64,000 nucleotides of DNA from the IMG/VR virus record IMGVR_UViG_3300045049_000270, one strand, 5' to 3'. The notes below the pieces were generated by a model. That model ran no database searches and had not been told where the DNA came from. It worked only from the letters and a program-made list of their open reading frames with translations. Source of the DNA: a virus. Taxonomy: Duplodnaviria > Heunggongvirae > Uroviricota > Caudoviricetes. A program made the translations under genes and the position numbers. This document shows positions 16,927 through 25,616 of this stretch, in pieces (within the stretch, counting starts at the first letter, position 1; the number at the start of each line of letters is the position of its first letter).

Positions 16927-17154
16927 ATGACTACAGAACAATTCCTGCTACCTGAAGAAATATCGTGGGAAGAGGAAAATGTTATCAAACCGCGTGAAGC
17001 GTTGGCATTGCGAAAGCTCAACAGCATATTGCGCCATGGTTCCCACAAACAAAAAGTCATGGCTCGGCGTATGAGCAAGGCATTCTCCGCCAGTATCACC
17101 TTACATCATACCAAAGTTGGCATCGACCTCACACGTAAGCTCAAAACGATCTAA
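16927..17154 (+). CDS. hypothetical protein
   Basis: family-P promoter at 16869; AGGAG RBS. Confidence 0.4.
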   Translation: MTTEQFLLPEEISWEEENVIKPREALALRKLNSILRHGSHKQKVMARRMSKAFSASITLHHTKVGIDLTRKLKTI

Positions 17155-17159
17155 AAAGC

Positions 17160-17216
17160 TTGCGGCTATATTCAAATGAATATATTATTTGAATATGGTA
17201 AATGACAAAGGAGAAC
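17160..17216 (+). promoter_or_regulatory. family-P promoter cassette
   Basis: TTGCGG-N17-TATTAT; TTCAAATGAATA / TTGAATATGGTAAATGACAAAGGAG. Confidence 0.55.
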
Positions 17217-17219
17217 GTT

Positions 17220-17687
17220 GTGAGTAGATCTGTTCTAGAACAATTGGCAACGCTTGGGCTTCCGGCCAACAAAGAAGAGCTGAAAGTGATTTCTTTATTG
17301 TTACCTAAGAGAGGAGAATTCACGGTTACTGCTGGTAAACGTTCTGACAACGTTTACGGCGGAAGTTATGAGGCTGCACCTATCTTTCATTATCGATATG
17401 AGTACATTTACAATGCTACCAAATACTGGATGATAATAGAATTTCGATTTTTTCATGAATCATGGTCGCCCCGTTACAGCCAAAATGCAGGTATCTCACT
17501 TGAATTGAAAGAATACGGTAAAGTCGGCCATCAGCAATCCTTCCAGAAAAAGCCGTATGAATGTCGGGAACACATTGTTACTCAATTTGGTGACACCAAT
17601 TTGGAAAGTGAAGTTGTTGCCCAGCTTTACAAGTGGGAAGGTATGTGCGCTCGCAGTTCAAATGCGCGCACTTCACGCAGTAAATAA
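17220..17687 (+). CDS. hypothetical protein
   Basis: family-P promoter at 17160; AAGGAGAACGTT then GTG. Confidence 0.45.
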   Translation: MSRSVLEQLATLGLPANKEELKVISLLLPKRGEFTVTAGKRSDNVYGGSYEAAPIFHYRYEYIYNATKYWMIIEFRFFHESWSPRYSQNAGISLELKEYGKVGHQQSFQKKPYECREHIVTQFGDTNLESEVVAQLYKWEGMCARSSNARTSRSK

Positions 17688-17692
17688 ACTCT

Positions 17693-17750
17693 CGCAATCA
17701 TGTTCAACTGATACATTCATTTTAACATGGTAAACAACCACAAGGAGATA
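17693..17750 (+). promoter_or_regulatory. family-P promoter cassette (weak -35)
   Basis: TCGCAA-N17-ATTCAT; CATGTTCAACTGA spacer; AACATGGTAAACAACCACAAGGAG. Confidence 0.5.
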
Positions 17751-17753
17751 AAG

Positions 17754-18086
17754 ATGAGTCGCAATGGTGTTGCTCTGCTTCCCGCTACGAGCTGCCTGTT
17801 CAATGCAAACAAGATTCCGCTGTCTCGCCTCAATGAAGTGTGGGACAAGAACACCGTATACGTTGGCCGGAACGATCAAGACAAGGTTGTGTTTTTCGTA
17901 AGCTCTGGGCGCCTTAGTAATAAATTCAAGGTTGGCACAAATCACCGTATTCAGCATGATCAAACTGGTGCCAGCTATGGTTATTACGAGATCGTCAACA
18001 TCATCGACGTAGAAAACGGCCAGGTAATCAACAAAGAAAATCATCTGTACCTTAGCTCTAAAGCACCCGTCTGGGTCTTTAAGTGA
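17754..18086 (+). CDS. hypothetical protein
   Basis: family-P promoter at 17693; AAGGAGATAAAG then ATG MSRNGVAL. Confidence 0.45.
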   Translation: MSRNGVALLPATSCLFNANKIPLSRLNEVWDKNTVYVGRNDQDKVVFFVSSGRLSNKFKVGTNHRIQHDQTGASYGYYEIVNIIDVENGQVINKENHLYLSSKAPVWVFK

Positions 18087-18103
18087 GCATTTAACGGAAC
18101 GTA

Positions 18104-18137
18104 CACGGCCACCGAAAGGTGGCCGTTGCTCATTTGG
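18104..18137 (+). terminator. probable terminator hairpin
   Basis: ACGGCCACC-GAAA-GGTGGCCGT then TGCTCATTT. Confidence 0.5.
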
Positions 18138-18140
18138 TCC

Positions 18141-18196
18141 TTTACTGTTGATGTATTTGAGTATACCATATGAACATGACAAACGAAGGGAGATTG
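18141..18196 (+). promoter_or_regulatory. family-P variant promoter
   Basis: TTTACT-N17-TACCAT; ATGAACATGACAAACGAAGGGAG. Confidence 0.4.
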
Positions 18197-18198
18197 TG

Positions 18199-18411
18199 AT
18201 GAAGACAATAGATGGTTATGAAATTGTGACCGAAGACACAACTGCTATTCTTGAAGAATGTGATAAGGCTTATCTACTGCGTTCATGCACTCCTTACACC
18301 AATACTAGCCTAGTAATGTGGTTCAGGGTGAGCAACAAGAAGGGTGACGATTACGGAGTTTTCAAGACTGAAGCAGAAGCACGTGACGCCTACAATCGTA
18401 TAACTGCATAA
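18199..18411 (+). CDS. hypothetical protein
   Basis: variant promoter at 18141; GGGAG RBS; ATG MKTIDGYEIV. Confidence 0.45.
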   Translation: MKTIDGYEIVTEDTTAILEECDKAYLLRSCTPYTNTSLVMWFRVSNKKGDDYGVFKTEAEARDAYNRITA

Positions 18412-18523
18412 GGAGAAGCAATGAGCACGTGAAAAGTTGATGCAACTTATTGCCAAATACATCAAGTAACACTTGATGCCAAAATTGGCAAGTACTATTA
18501 TGAGGGACATGGCAATTCCTTAG

Positions 18524-18814
18524 GTGAAAAACGTGTCCCTCAATCTCAATGCTTGCCCCAACTGCAAGAATACCCAAACGATTCATATACATCAAATTGG
18601 CAAATTCTTTGCCAAGTGCCATTATTGCGGGCATCAAGCGGCTCCTCACGAAACTCAGATTGGTGCTGCTGCAAATTGGAACGGTGTCGAATACAAAAAC
18701 TCTCCTCTCGAAGATGCCATCATCACAGTGAAACTGATGCGTGGCTCTGATCAAATGCTTTCGGACGAATTTCTCAAAGCACTCGACGTGATTTTAAACG
18801 AAGTAACCAAATAA
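18524..18814 (+). CDS. zinc-ribbon protein
   Basis: CPNCKN...CHYCGH (two CxxC pairs); GTG start. Confidence 0.45.
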   Translation: MKNVSLNLNACPNCKNTQTIHIHQIGKFFAKCHYCGHQAAPHETQIGAAANWNGVEYKNSPLEDAIITVKLMRGSDQMLSDEFLKALDVILNEVTK

Positions 18815-18831
18815 CCTTGTGGTTATGAAGA

Positions 18832-18865
18832 AAAAGCCGTACCATATGGCTTTTCGATCTTTTTA
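18832..18865 (+). terminator. rho-independent terminator
   Basis: AAAAGCCGTA-CCATA-TGGCTTTT followed by CGATCTTTTT. Confidence 0.65.
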
Positions 18866-18875
18866 AAGAATATTC

Positions 18876-19091
18876 ATGAAACGATTTCTTGCTGTGCTTT
18901 TGAAGCTGTTTGCTACTGTTGCCTTCGCACGAGGGGGTGGCGGAGGTGGAGGTCATGGTGGCGGTGGCCATGCCTCTGCTGAGGGTCATAGCATTAATGG
19001 CGTTGATATTTGTGCTTGGGTGATTGTAATTATTGCAATGATTTCCGCTGTTGTTCTCGTCATTATGTTTTTTGTGATGCTTTTTGGTTGA
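18876..19091 (+). CDS. small secreted/membrane peptide with Gly/His-rich segment
   Basis: signal-like N-terminus; GGGGGGGHGGGGH; C-terminal TM helix. Confidence 0.4.
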   Translation: MKRFLAVLLKLFATVAFARGGGGGGGHGGGGHASAEGHSINGVDICAWVIVIIAMISAVVLVIMFFVMLFG

Positions 19092-19146
19092 CTCCATATT
19101 CATTTGAAGATACAATATGAATATGGCAACTATTTGAGAGGACAGG
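19087..19146 (+). promoter_or_regulatory. family-P promoter cassette
   Basis: TTGACT-N17-TACAAT; CCATATTCATTTGAAGA / ATGAATATGG inverted repeat. Confidence 0.55.
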
Positions 19147-19270
19147 ATGGAAGGTTATGCAAGCAAAGCATTGACTGGTTTGTCGGTGATCGGCGCGACA
19201 GACCATTCAAACTGTTGCACTTATCGTTGCCGGTCATTTTGATCTCCAGATCAAATGTGCAGTCTTTGGC

Positions 19271-19585
19271 ATGAAAGACAAATTTCAATCACCTGCAACT
19301 GAAGCTGATCTCGAAACTCCTGAGGTACTTGCAGGGCTCGAGCGAATCAAAAATCACTTCCGTGGTGTTGTACAAGAAATATTTCGCACGGCTGATGAAG
19401 CAGATCGACAAGCAGATCAGGCTCGGCACCAAGAAATGCTGAATCAGATGCGCAAGAATCAACAACCTCACGAGATGGGAACTGTTGCTGAAATTGCTGC
19501 GAAGTATGGCATCTCCAAGAGTGAAGTTCGACGTCGTAAGGCTGACGGTACGCTTGAAGCGTTAAAGTTGATGGATTCGCAATGA
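19271..19585 (+). CDS. hypothetical protein (104 aa)
   Basis: ORF with charged, helical composition. Confidence 0.45.
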   Translation: MKDKFQSPATEADLETPEVLAGLERIKNHFRGVVQEIFRTADEADRQADQARHQEMLNQMRKNQQPHEMGTVAEIAAKYGISKSEVRRRKADGTLEALKLMDSQ

Positions 19586-19759
19586 AGGTTCGAGTTCGGC
19601 GGCTCTGCTACAAGACAATGTATCTCAACGGTCCATGGGGTTATGGGCGTCGTGTGCTTGGTAAGCACACGATTTTGCAAGCGTTTGATGCAGGGCACGA
19701 CGATCATAGCTGCTTGATTGAATACATGATCGCTAGGTTCAAATAGTAACTGATTGGTC

Positions 19760-19818
19760 TTGACACCAAATTCAGATGAGCACACAATAAGCATACGGTA
19801 AACAACAACAGGAGAACG
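19760..19818 (+). promoter_or_regulatory. family-P promoter cassette upstream of WGR paralog 3
   Basis: TTGACA-N17-CACAAT; AATTCAGATGAGCA spacer; ACGGTAAACAACAACAGGAG. Confidence 0.55.
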
Positions 19819-19821
19819 GAA

Positions 19822-20373
19822 TTGAGTAACTTGGTCATTCTTAAAGTTGGTCATGCCTTCATCAAGGGTAAGTTTGCTAACGACAAGCCGAAAAAGGATT
19901 CTCTCTGGGGGCTGATGCGCACTGATGAGGCAGTCATCAAGTTCTTCGGGCGGCGCGGCGGATCGATTAGGTTCAAACAAGAACCGATCAGCGAGCTCGA
20001 AGCAGCGCTCAAGCTGTACCAGCAGAAGCTAGATGGCACTGATGCAAAGAAGCTGAAGCACGATGATCTCGATGCCGACAAGCAGGCTGAGCTGCTTGGG
20101 GCCAACTTTTCGCAAGAACTTTGCGAAAAGTATGAAGCAGCACTTGCTGAAGGCAAGATCGACTACCGCATTGCGAAGGTCGATGACGAAGCTGATGGCG
20201 AAGTTGCGGAGCCGAAGGCTGAGGAACCGAAAGCAGCTGGCAAAGCTAAGGGAAAACCCAAGGCCGAATCAAAGGCTCCCGAAACGCCACCGGCTCAGAC
20301 TGCGCCAACCAACACGACTCCTTTTAGCTGGCCGTACCCAACGACCACTATTCCCTCCAGCACACAAGAGTAA
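19822..20373 (+). CDS. WGR-domain-like protein, paralog 3, with Glu/Lys/Pro-rich tail
   Basis: KKDSLWGLMRTDEAVIKFFGRRGGSIRFKQ...YQQKLDG; TTG start after AGGAGA RBS; family-P promoter at 19760. Confidence 0.55.
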   Translation: MSNLVILKVGHAFIKGKFANDKPKKDSLWGLMRTDEAVIKFFGRRGGSIRFKQEPISELEAALKLYQQKLDGTDAKKLKHDDLDADKQAELLGANFSQELCEKYEAALAEGKIDYRIAKVDDEADGEVAEPKAEEPKAAGKAKGKPKAESKAPETPPAQTAPTNTTPFSWPYPTTTIPSSTQE

Positions 20374-20383
20374 TAATTCTCAA

Positions 20384-20424
20384 TGATGATAGCCAGGGCA
20401 GATGCCCTGGCTATCATCATTTCC
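20384..20424 (+). terminator. long terminator hairpin (weak U-tract)
   Basis: GATGATAGCCAGGG-CAGAT-GCCCTGGCTATCATC then ATTTCC. Confidence 0.5.
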
Positions 20425-20449
20425 ACTTCATGAAAAAATCATTATTCAT

Positions 20450-20508
20450 TTGATACTTTAACCAAATGAATGTATTATTTGATACATGGTAAACAAACAC
20501 AAGGAGTT
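20450..20508 (+). promoter_or_regulatory. family-P promoter cassette
   Basis: TTGATA-N17-TATTAT; AACCAAATGAATG / TTGATACATGGTAAACAAACACAAGGAG. Confidence 0.6.
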
Positions 20509-20512
20509 GAAA

Positions 20513-20764
20513 ATGGCAAAGACTACGATGCAACAATTGCTCCGTGCTCACATGATCGGCGGCGTTCTTAATGGTAGTTATCCTGGTGCAAGCGATGCCC
20601 AGAACTGGGATCAATACATTGCAGAGCACTTCGATATGAACGATCCCGAAGTGGTGAAATTCCTAACTGAATGGAAGCTCTTTATCGATGCAAGCGAGCG
20701 ATTTAACTCGATATTGAATGAGCAAATGGTTCAAAGCGGGATCAACGTCAACAACCTTTTGTAA
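20513..20764 (+). CDS. hypothetical protein
   Basis: family-P promoter at 20450; AAGGAG RBS; ATG MAKTTMQQ. Confidence 0.45.
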   Translation: MAKTTMQQLLRAHMIGGVLNGSYPGASDAQNWDQYIAEHFDMNDPEVVKFLTEWKLFIDASERFNSILNEQMVQSGINVNNLL

Positions 20765-20780
20765 ACAAACGGAGAGAACA

Positions 20781-21056
20781 ATGAAATTGAACATGATTGC
20801 TGTTATTCGCGATGTCAATCACCGCTTTGACGGTAAAATCAAACACGTTGTTGGTCCCGACTGCGATACGATGCAGGAAGAAGAGTGCTTTGACATGATC
20901 GTGAAGTTTATGATCGAAGTGCTGGGAGTTGATCTCGCTGAGCACGAACTAGCCGATGAGCTTGAAGAAGATGAAGTGACCGTTAGTATTGATGGTGATC
21001 ATGCATATTGCTTCGATGAAATGACTGGCAACATGTACACTTTTTATTTGAGCTAA
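20781..21056 (+). CDS. hypothetical protein
   Basis: ACGGAGAGAACA then ATG MKLNMIAV. Confidence 0.45.
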   Translation: MKLNMIAVIRDVNHRFDGKIKHVVGPDCDTMQEEECFDMIVKFMIEVLGVDLAEHELADELEEDEVTVSIDGDHAYCFDEMTGNMYTFYLS

Positions 21057-21075
21057 AGCAAAAACGCAAATAAAC

Positions 21076-21105
21076 AAAAAGCCACGTGGAGGTGGCTTTT
21101 TGTTT
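21076..21105 (+). terminator. rho-independent terminator
   Basis: AAAAGCCAC-GTGGAG-GTGGCTTTTTGTTT. Confidence 0.7.
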
Positions 21106-21137
21106 ATGGAGGAAGGAATAACCATATCAAATAATGC

Positions 21138-21188
21138 TTGCACTGTAGCCAAATGAATGTATAATTTGATATATGGTAAATGACAAGG
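21138..21188 (+). promoter_or_regulatory. family-P promoter cassette
   Basis: TTGCAC-N16-TATAAT; CCAAATGAATG / TTGATATATGGTAAATGACAAGGAG. Confidence 0.6.
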
Positions 21189-21190
21189 AG

Positions 21191-21910
21191 ATGATCTTGC
21201 AAACGACCGCAGAGATTATGGCACGCTTGATTGAACTTGGTTATACGTATTCTAGCGTTGAAACAACTGCTGCCAATATATTGCTTGCGAAAGGAGCAAT
21301 GTTTGAAATTGATAAGTCGATTTATGTACCGTACACTAGGGCGAATTATGAATTTGAAAACAAGGGCCGTAAGATCAACCTGAAAGTATATTACAAGGTT
21401 TATGGGGGCGGGCTTCGGGCTGCTGAAAACATCTTTCGCATTGAGTTGGTTGGATTTAATGGTGTTGATCCCGACTCGATTAGTCAAAACATGATCTCGC
21501 CATCACACAACCCCAAGCGTTTCAAACTCGCCATTGGCGAAAGCGAATGGAATACGTTTGAAACAAAGCTAATCGAGCGCCTTGCGGATTGGGAAACATA
21601 TGCTACTCGAGTTGTTATCAACAATGAAAATGCTCGAACAAAGTTTATTGCTGAACATGGAACTGACGAAGAACGAGCTGAAAAGGCAAAGCAGGAAAAA
21701 GAACAGCAAAACCGAGAACGCGTGGCTTTCAATGAACAAGTCAAACAGCGCATTTTCGAGAAGACTGGCCTGACGCGACACCGCAAGCGTGAGATGATCT
21801 TTGAAATTGCATGCAATATTCGGCACGCATCTAAGCATCTCTACAAGATCGATGACTACACGGAAAAGCAGCTGATTACGATCATAAAGAAGATGTTGCT
21901 TGTCATGTAA
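21191..21910 (+). CDS. hypothetical protein (239 aa)
   Basis: family-P promoter at 21138 (-10 TATAAT); AAGGAG RBS. Confidence 0.5.
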   Translation: MILQTTAEIMARLIELGYTYSSVETTAANILLAKGAMFEIDKSIYVPYTRANYEFENKGRKINLKVYYKVYGGGLRAAENIFRIELVGFNGVDPDSISQNMISPSHNPKRFKLAIGESEWNTFETKLIERLADWETYATRVVINNENARTKFIAEHGTDEERAEKAKQEKEQQNRERVAFNEQVKQRIFEKTGLTRHRKREMIFEIACNIRHASKHLYKIDDYTEKQLITIIKKMLLVM

Positions 21911-21938
21911 AAGAATGATAACCACATTCAAAAAGTGC

Positions 21939-21995
21939 TTGCGAAGGTGGTTAGGTGAATTTATCATTTGAACATGGTAAACAAACAAGGAGAAT
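21939..21995 (+). promoter_or_regulatory. family-P promoter cassette
   Basis: TTGCGA-N17-TATCAT; TTGAACATGGTAAACAAACAAGGAGAATAAAGATG. Confidence 0.6.
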
Positions 21996-21999
21996 AAAG

Positions 22000-22188
22000 A
22001 TGACAACTGTTTATGTAGTGACTGATTTTTCCGCCGTGCCGAGTGAAGCCCTGCTTGCTGTGATTGATGGAGAGTGCGCAGATCTTGAAACTGTTCGTAA
22101 ACACGTCGAAAATATTAGTGATGATTACAGTGTAGAAGCAATTGACATCGAAAACTTGGATTCGTTCCTTGATCGATTTGAAAAATAA
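22000..22188 (+). CDS. hypothetical protein (62 aa, acidic)
   Basis: family-P promoter at 21939; AAGGAGAATAAAG then ATG. Confidence 0.45.
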   Translation: MTTVYVVTDFSAVPSEALLAVIDGECADLETVRKHVENISDDYSVEAIDIENLDSFLDRFEK

Positions 22189-22194
22189 AAGTGC

Positions 22195-22252
22195 TTGCAA
22201 TCATGTTCAGATGAGCATATCATTTGAACATGGTAAACAAACAAGGAGAATA
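22195..22252 (+). promoter_or_regulatory. family-P promoter cassette (near-consensus copy)
   Basis: TTGCAA-N17-TATCAT; spacer TCATGTTCAGATGAGCA; leader identical to the 21939 copy. Confidence 0.65.
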
Positions 22253-22255
22253 AAG

Positions 22256-22627
22256 ATGGCTATCATTTCTCGTAAGCCAAAGATGAATGATTTTCGTGTT
22301 GCAAGCATGACACGCAATCATCAGATCAGTTATAACGACGCTTATCGTGGCGTTCTCGCCCATACGATGGGGAACAAAGGTTCATACCTGAGCGAAGGCC
22401 GAGACCATGATCACATCTTCGTATATCACATCGAAAAGAAACGAGCAAAATTCGCGCAGAAGAAAACCATTGTCAATCGTCATGGTGGTATCGGCCTTCA
22501 GTCTCGTACCAAAAGCACGAAAGTTCGTGACACCGAATGGACGGTGCGTGTGTTCAAGTTTCCGAAGGCGATTGTGAAGGCAGTCGAACAACACAAACGG
22601 CATTTTGATATTGTCCTTGCGTACTAA
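22256..22627 (+). CDS. hypothetical protein
   Basis: family-P promoter at 22195; leader and RBS identical to the one at 21939. Confidence 0.5.
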   Translation: MAIISRKPKMNDFRVASMTRNHQISYNDAYRGVLAHTMGNKGSYLSEGRDHDHIFVYHIEKKRAKFAQKKTIVNRHGGIGLQSRTKSTKVRDTEWTVRVFKFPKAIVKAVEQHKRHFDIVLAY

Positions 22628-22649
22628 ACAAGGGCAATAAGCAAGAGTG

Positions 22650-22680
22650 AAAATGGCCACCAAGGTGGCCATTTCTTTTG
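22650..22680 (+). terminator. rho-independent terminator
   Basis: AATGGCCACC-AA-GGTGGCCATTTCTTTT. Confidence 0.7.
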
Positions 22681-22710
22681 AAGTTGAATCATAAAATGTT
22701 CATATAACGC

Positions 22711-22768
22711 TTGCAACCAAGTTCAAATGAATGCATAATTTGATACATGGTAAACAACAAAGGAGTTA
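22711..22768 (+). promoter_or_regulatory. family-P promoter cassette
   Basis: TTGCAA-N17-CATAAT; CCAAGTTCAAATGAATG; TTGATACATGGTAAACAACAAAGGAG. Confidence 0.6.
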
Positions 22769-22773
22769 ACAAC

Positions 22774-23319
22774 ATGGCAAACGCAACGAACGTGGTTGAG
22801 ATCGCAAAATCGGAAAAGCAGCTCTCGATGTCACCCAGTGCTGTTCGTAGTCGTGCTCGTCGTGCTGCTACGCAAGCATTGAAGGATGCAAAGACAACAC
22901 CGCAAGTAGGCGAATCGAAGGTAGCAAAGAAGGCAGCAAAGCCGCGGGCACTCCCGACGGCTGCTCCGATCAAGGTGTCGGCTGCCCAGAAGCGAACGAT
23001 CGGCCAGTTTGTTGCTGCAATCGCAAGCGGTTTTCTCCCGATTGCAAGCTTTGTGATTGCTCATCAAGAAGCCGCATCCCAACCGCTTCTCTGGATTTTG
23101 GTAGCTGCCGCGCTTATGTTCTCGGCCCCGTCGGTGGCAAGCTGGGCAAATAAATGGTGCGGTCATCAAATCAAGGCATGGGGCTTCACAGTGTTGCTTG
23201 AAGGTACGCTTGTTTTTGCGCATCATGAAGCACTGAGCCTTGGCGGCCTTGCAATCCTGATCCTAGTGAACGCAAGCAACGCATGGCAGCTTGCAGCACG
23301 TCGTGAAGTGCAAGCGTAA
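22774..23319 (+). CDS. membrane protein with basic N-terminal region
   Basis: family-P promoter at 22711; three hydrophobic helices (FVAAIASGFLPIASFVIAH; LLWILVAAALMFSAP; LGGLAILILV). Confidence 0.5.
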   Translation: MANATNVVEIAKSEKQLSMSPSAVRSRARRAATQALKDAKTTPQVGESKVAKKAAKPRALPTAAPIKVSAAQKRTIGQFVAAIASGFLPIASFVIAHQEAASQPLLWILVAAALMFSAPSVASWANKWCGHQIKAWGFTVLLEGTLVFAHHEALSLGGLAILILVNASNAWQLAARREVQA

Positions 23320-23334
23320 GCAATAACACACAAC

Positions 23335-23368
23335 ATGATGACCGCCCAAAAGCGGTCATCATTCATTT
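23335..23368 (+). terminator. probable terminator hairpin
   Basis: ATGACCGC-CCAAAA-GCGGTCAT then CATTCATTT. Confidence 0.5.
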
Positions 23369-23373
23369 GATGC

Positions 23374-23428
23374 TTGATTTTATATCCATTTGAACATAAT
23401 ATACGAATATAGTAATGAAAAGGAGAAA
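23374..23428 (+). promoter_or_regulatory. family-P promoter cassette (divergent leader)
   Basis: TTGATT-N17-TAATAT; CCATTTGAACA spacer; AAAGGAG. Confidence 0.45.
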
Positions 23429-23431
23429 ATA

Positions 23432-23629
23432 ATGCATGGTTATAAAGGATTTTACAATGGTAAGCAATCTGACATCTATGCTGATAGTCTAGTTGATGCA
23501 AAGAAGCAAGCCATTGCATTGTTCAAAGTGCCCAAAAGTAAACAGCACATGGTTAGTGTTGTTCTGTGTGAAAAAGATGTGCAGGCTGATGGTAATGGTA
23601 CCCAAGTTATCCATCCAGCTGATTTTTAA
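23432..23629 (+). CDS. hypothetical protein
   Basis: promoter at 23374; AAGGAGAAAATA then ATG. Confidence 0.45.
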   Translation: MHGYKGFYNGKQSDIYADSLVDAKKQAIALFKVPKSKQHMVSVVLCEKDVQADGNGTQVIHPADF

Positions 23630-23736
23630 TCAATTTTGAATATTTAAGAGGCTTTTGTGGCCTCTTCATTCTTCTGTCGTAATCATATTCAAATGAACGT
23701 TCCATAGGAACATGGTAAACAAACAAGGAGAACAAA

Positions 23737-24138
23737 ATGTCTACACTTCGGGAACTCGTTGCGCAAGCCGCGTCGGACCTTTCGATGTACAAACACCCAA
23801 ACATTGACGAAGCCAAGAACCGACTTAATAAGATTATAGAAGCGGCTGGCTTGGGCAGCATTGCGCATGACACAGTCGAATCGATCGATTTTTACGGAGA
23901 GAACGTGCGTATCGAAACGAGTTGGTCGGTCCGTGGCTGCGGAAACACGAGCGACTATGTGTTTCCGGTAAACTTGCTCGACGCAGCAGACCCCATCAAA
24001 GCTGCGACGGTCTGGGGCTTGAACGAGAAGATCGCAAATGAAGAACGTGAACTTGGATATGCGCGCCTCCGTGTGAAGGATCATGAAGCGAAACTAGCCC
24101 ACTTCAAAGTGGAACTGGCGAAGGCAGTTGAAGCGTAA
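23737..24138 (+). CDS. hypothetical protein (133 aa)
   Basis: variant promoter at 23677; AAGGAG RBS. Confidence 0.5.
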   Translation: MSTLRELVAQAASDLSMYKHPNIDEAKNRLNKIIEAAGLGSIAHDTVESIDFYGENVRIETSWSVRGCGNTSDYVFPVNLLDAADPIKAATVWGLNEKIANEERELGYARLRVKDHEAKLAHFKVELAKAVEA

Positions 24139-24255
24139 GCAGTAACGCAGTAACACTGGAAACAACGTGCTCTAGCAAAGTCACGCTCTTAAAATATGGC
24201 ACTGTAATCCTGGTAACAAAGCTTACCGCTGAGTAATAAACAGACTAGTCGTGTA

Positions 24256-24288
24256 AAAGGTACCTACAAACAGGTACCTTTTTGCTTT
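24256..24288 (+). terminator. rho-independent terminator
   Basis: AAAGGTACC-TACAAACA-GGTACCTTTTTGCTTT. Confidence 0.7.
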
Positions 24289-24317
24289 AAACTAGCGGTT
24301 TCAACAAAGAGGTCACT

Positions 24318-24530
24318 ATGAAAAAAGTATTTGAACAAACGGTGTCCGCAAGAGACGTTTCAGAGGAAGACGGTGGCTGTGCAAAGATTCTTGACATAGA
24401 TGATGACGGTACAGGAGCGGAGGAAGGTATGTTCGTTCGAGTGCAGAGCTGGTCAGAAGAAGGAGAACATCCGGATTTTGACAACTTGATTGGTAAGCGT
24501 GTGCGAGTAACAATCGAAGTACTTGACTGA
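24318..24530 (+). CDS. hypothetical protein (70 aa, acidic)
   Basis: AGAGG RBS then ATG; preceded by the terminator at 24256. Confidence 0.4.
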   Translation: MKKVFEQTVSARDVSEEDGGCAKILDIDDDGTGAEEGMFVRVQSWSEEGEHPDFDNLIGKRVRVTIEVLD

Positions 24531-24542
24531 TTCATTTACCTG

Positions 24543-24596
24543 TTGATGCCGTACTAATATGAATATACTATATGAGTATGGCATTCGACAGGAGCG
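24543..24596 (+). promoter_or_regulatory. family-P promoter cassette
   Basis: TTGATG-N17-TACTAT; ACTAATATGAATA / ATGAGTATGG inverted repeat. Confidence 0.5.
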
Positions 24597-24599
24597 AAA

Positions 24600-24809
24600 A
24601 TGATCACTGTAGAACAACTAAAAGCACTTCCGGATGGTACTCCCGTTTCATATGGCGCATATAAACGCGTCACTTTCGTGGGAGTGAGAACTCACCGTGA
24701 GAATGGAACTGCATATGACAAACCGCATGTTCTAATGCGGGATAGTCAAGGTGGTGAGAAGCTCGTCTTTCAATCACTGTTCTGCAAATATGCGACTGTG
24801 ATAGAATGA
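24600..24809 (+). CDS. hypothetical protein
   Basis: family-P promoter at 24543; AGGAG RBS. Confidence 0.45.
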   Translation: MITVEQLKALPDGTPVSYGAYKRVTFVGVRTHRENGTAYDKPHVLMRDSQGGEKLVFQSLFCKYATVIE

Positions 24810-24919
24810 ATAAGCCTACTATCAGCCGTTTTGATCGCATTGATGTGGTCGGTTTCGACATTCATGAAGTCATGTTGACGAAATGATGGCTGCGAAAGTG
24901 CTGTAATCATGAAGCAAAT

Positions 24920-25312
24920 ATGAATAATTTAGCTATTCGACCCCCACACGGTTTTCCTATGAACACCAAGACCGATGGGAAAGGTCTTTGGTCCAAGGTT
25001 GCACGTGATGTCAACATCGTTCGACTTGAAGTAGCTTATGTGGATCACGAGTCCAAGTTTGCGTCGGTGAACGCTTACTTTGATCCTAACACCTGGGATA
25101 TTGACGACGGCATCATCTACACTGATGACACGTGGTTAGCAACATTTCGGCGGGCACTCATTGCTCAATGTTATGTTCCGGCTGACGTTGCTGCGGCGAT
25201 TAGCTATTCCGAAATGGGTATGCAAGGCCCAGACTATGTCAACCTCGATTGTGGTGCGGCCTTTTACCATTATCTGTTTGGTGGCAGCATGCTTTCTCAT
25301 GAAGACGCTTAG
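24920..25312 (+). CDS. hypothetical protein
   Basis: ORF of 130 aa. Confidence 0.45.
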   Translation: MNNLAIRPPHGFPMNTKTDGKGLWSKVARDVNIVRLEVAYVDHESKFASVNAYFDPNTWDIDDGIIYTDDTWLATFRRALIAQCYVPADVAAAISYSEMGMQGPDYVNLDCGAAFYHYLFGGSMLSHEDA

Positions 25313-25616
25313 TGAAACATTAAACGAATTTTATGGCTGCAAACCTACACAGTGGAGCAGCCGTGACTACGAAGAGGAAAATTTCTGCAAAGACATCAAG
25401 AACCTTCCCTTCAAGCCAAAAGCATTCGTCGTGTTTTCCGAGACACATCGCAAGCGCCGCTCCGACTACGTTCAGAGCATACATGAATGGTGTGGCAATA
25501 ATGTGCGTGGTGCGTTTGCTGCGTTTTTGACATCGGAAGTCAAGTCTCCAATTTATGAGCTGTGGTGCTTTCAAGATGAAGCAGACGCAGCCATATTCAA
25601 ACTAACATGGTGCTGA
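25299..25616 (+). CDS. LTWG-family paralog
   Basis: C-terminus LWCFQDEADAAIFKLTWC; ATG overlaps the upstream gene's 3' end by 14 nt in another frame. Confidence 0.5.
   Translation: MKTLSETLNEFYGCKPTQWSSRDYEEENFCKDIKNLPFKPKAFVVFSETHRKRRSDYVQSIHEWCGNNVRGAFAAFLTSEVKSPIYELWCFQDEADAAIFKLTWC

Noticed and set aside
22142-22200. Minus-strand ORF 21964-22200 and other short minus-strand ORFs within + strand genes (e.g. 2177-2392, 4939-5193, 6222-6608)
   Set aside because: They have no RBS or promoter context and are embedded antisense in a + strand coding continuum with >95% + strand gene orientation.
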